Of a DNA stretch of 64,000 nt, positions 63,083 to 64,000 are shown one piece after another. Below the pieces are notes generated by a model. The model made no database searches, was not told the origin of the DNA, and worked only from the letters and a program-made list of their open reading frames with translations. The stretch's first letter is position 1. The number at the start of each line of letters is the position of its first letter. The stretch spans positions 19,410,857 to 19,474,856 of the forward strand of contig OZ316893.1 of the NCBI GenBank assembly GCA_973895155.1. The letters are read 5' to 3'. The stretch comes from Marsupella aquatica. Lineage: Eukaryota; Plantae; Marchantiophyta. The position numbers and the translations under genes were made by a program.

Positions 63083-64000
63083 CCAGTATCCAGTAACAAT
63101 CGTTTTGGCTGGTATATTGCTCCAAAAGGCCCAACTAATCAGTAGATATCACTCCGATTATCCAATGATTCCACACTAGTTCTCTCATAAGCAGGGCATG
63201 CTGGGTAACTCCATCAACCTGGCCGCTGTTGCCTACCATGTTTCGCCATTGGCAATAGGTGGAGTCAACTCCATAAGTTCATAATTATGCATTGTCTTTG
63301 CACAAGAAGCAACAATTGGAGTGTCTTCACATAATGTGGCCGCCAATCTGAACATTTCAGCTAGACTAACTCCCAATGTCGGCATATCTATTGCTGAAAA
63401 TAACGACAGGGTGTGCACAATATTCGTGGCCACCCCCAGCAATGTACTTGTCATCCTTGCTCCAACATCATTCGATTCTACCAACTTATCCACACTTGAA
63501 TTTGTTTGAACCGGGTTCATAAAGGTAATTTGAACTGCCTCTAACAATGTAAATGATTGGGGAAGCTTTGTTTGACAACGAGCCTCCCCCTTTGAGGATC
63601 CAACTCTACCATTGCTCCTTGGGGCTCAAGGGCTTTGGTTGCTCCTTGAGTCAAAGCTGCCAATGCATCAACATGGGTAGAGCCACACATGAATCTCATG
63701 GTGACCAAGTCTCTGTAAGCTCCATAAGATGTACAAGCTCCATCACCGGAAGTAGGACTGGTCTAACCTAAGAACTGGCCATGGCAGCTAGTTGTTGCTC
63801 CAATTGAGCAATCTTTGTATTCTTTGGATCTATGGTAGTGGCAGGAGCATCACCTCCTTGTCTCCCTGCATGTGACATACCTTGGCCGTGACAACCACCT
63901 CTACCTCCTCTTCCCTGATCATACGTACACAATTCTCCCCATTGTAGTTCAGGATAGAATATAAAACACTTATCCTTGGTGTGCATAGAAACTCCAAAAT

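Larger units (their letters stand above)
55577..64000 (-). mobile_element. Decayed Ty3/Gypsy LTR retrotransposon, order gag-PR-[C5 DNA methyltransferase]-RT-RNaseH-IN-PHD-PPT-3'LTR; continues beyond the window
   Basis: Gag knuckle end HTKDKC (~63970-63986); protease LLDTG/AQP; RT CGDYR.IN, PFGLKNAP, YIDD (58876-58887); RNase H LHTDWSGVGLG..AYA.RS..YSSYEGE; integrase HAHEELG..GV, SDQG, GLAE; PPT-like agggggg just before the LTR. Many stops and frameshifts. Confidence 0.93.

Overview
Eukaryotic, intron-containing nuclear DNA, most consistent with a non-seed land plant (bryophyte/lycophyte grade; inferred from gene content, not proven). Seven spliced host coding units were reconstructed by hand from GT/AG boundaries: plastid carbamoyl-phosphate synthase small subunit (+), RBM48 (+), an RS-rich splicing-factor-like ORF starting only 83 nt after the RBM48 stop (+), a MASE1-type hybrid histidine kinase (+), a LYAR-type zinc-finger protein (-), a GONST-type GDP-mannose transporter (-) and a TBL O-acetyltransferase with a very long Glu-rich stalk (-). 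Intergenic DNA holds a CRE-like RLE non-LTR retrotransposon 3' end, L1-type LINE fragments, non-autonomous Helitrons, MITE-like elements, a probable solo LTR and many short tandem duplications. The most striking feature is a decayed Ty3/Gypsy LTR retrotransposon (55577-64000, - strand). Its polyprotein carries a complete-looking C5 cytosine DNA methyltransferase domain between protease and reverse transcriptase, plus a PHD finger after integrase. All calls come from motif recognition without database searches, and exon and TE boundaries may be off by a few nt.
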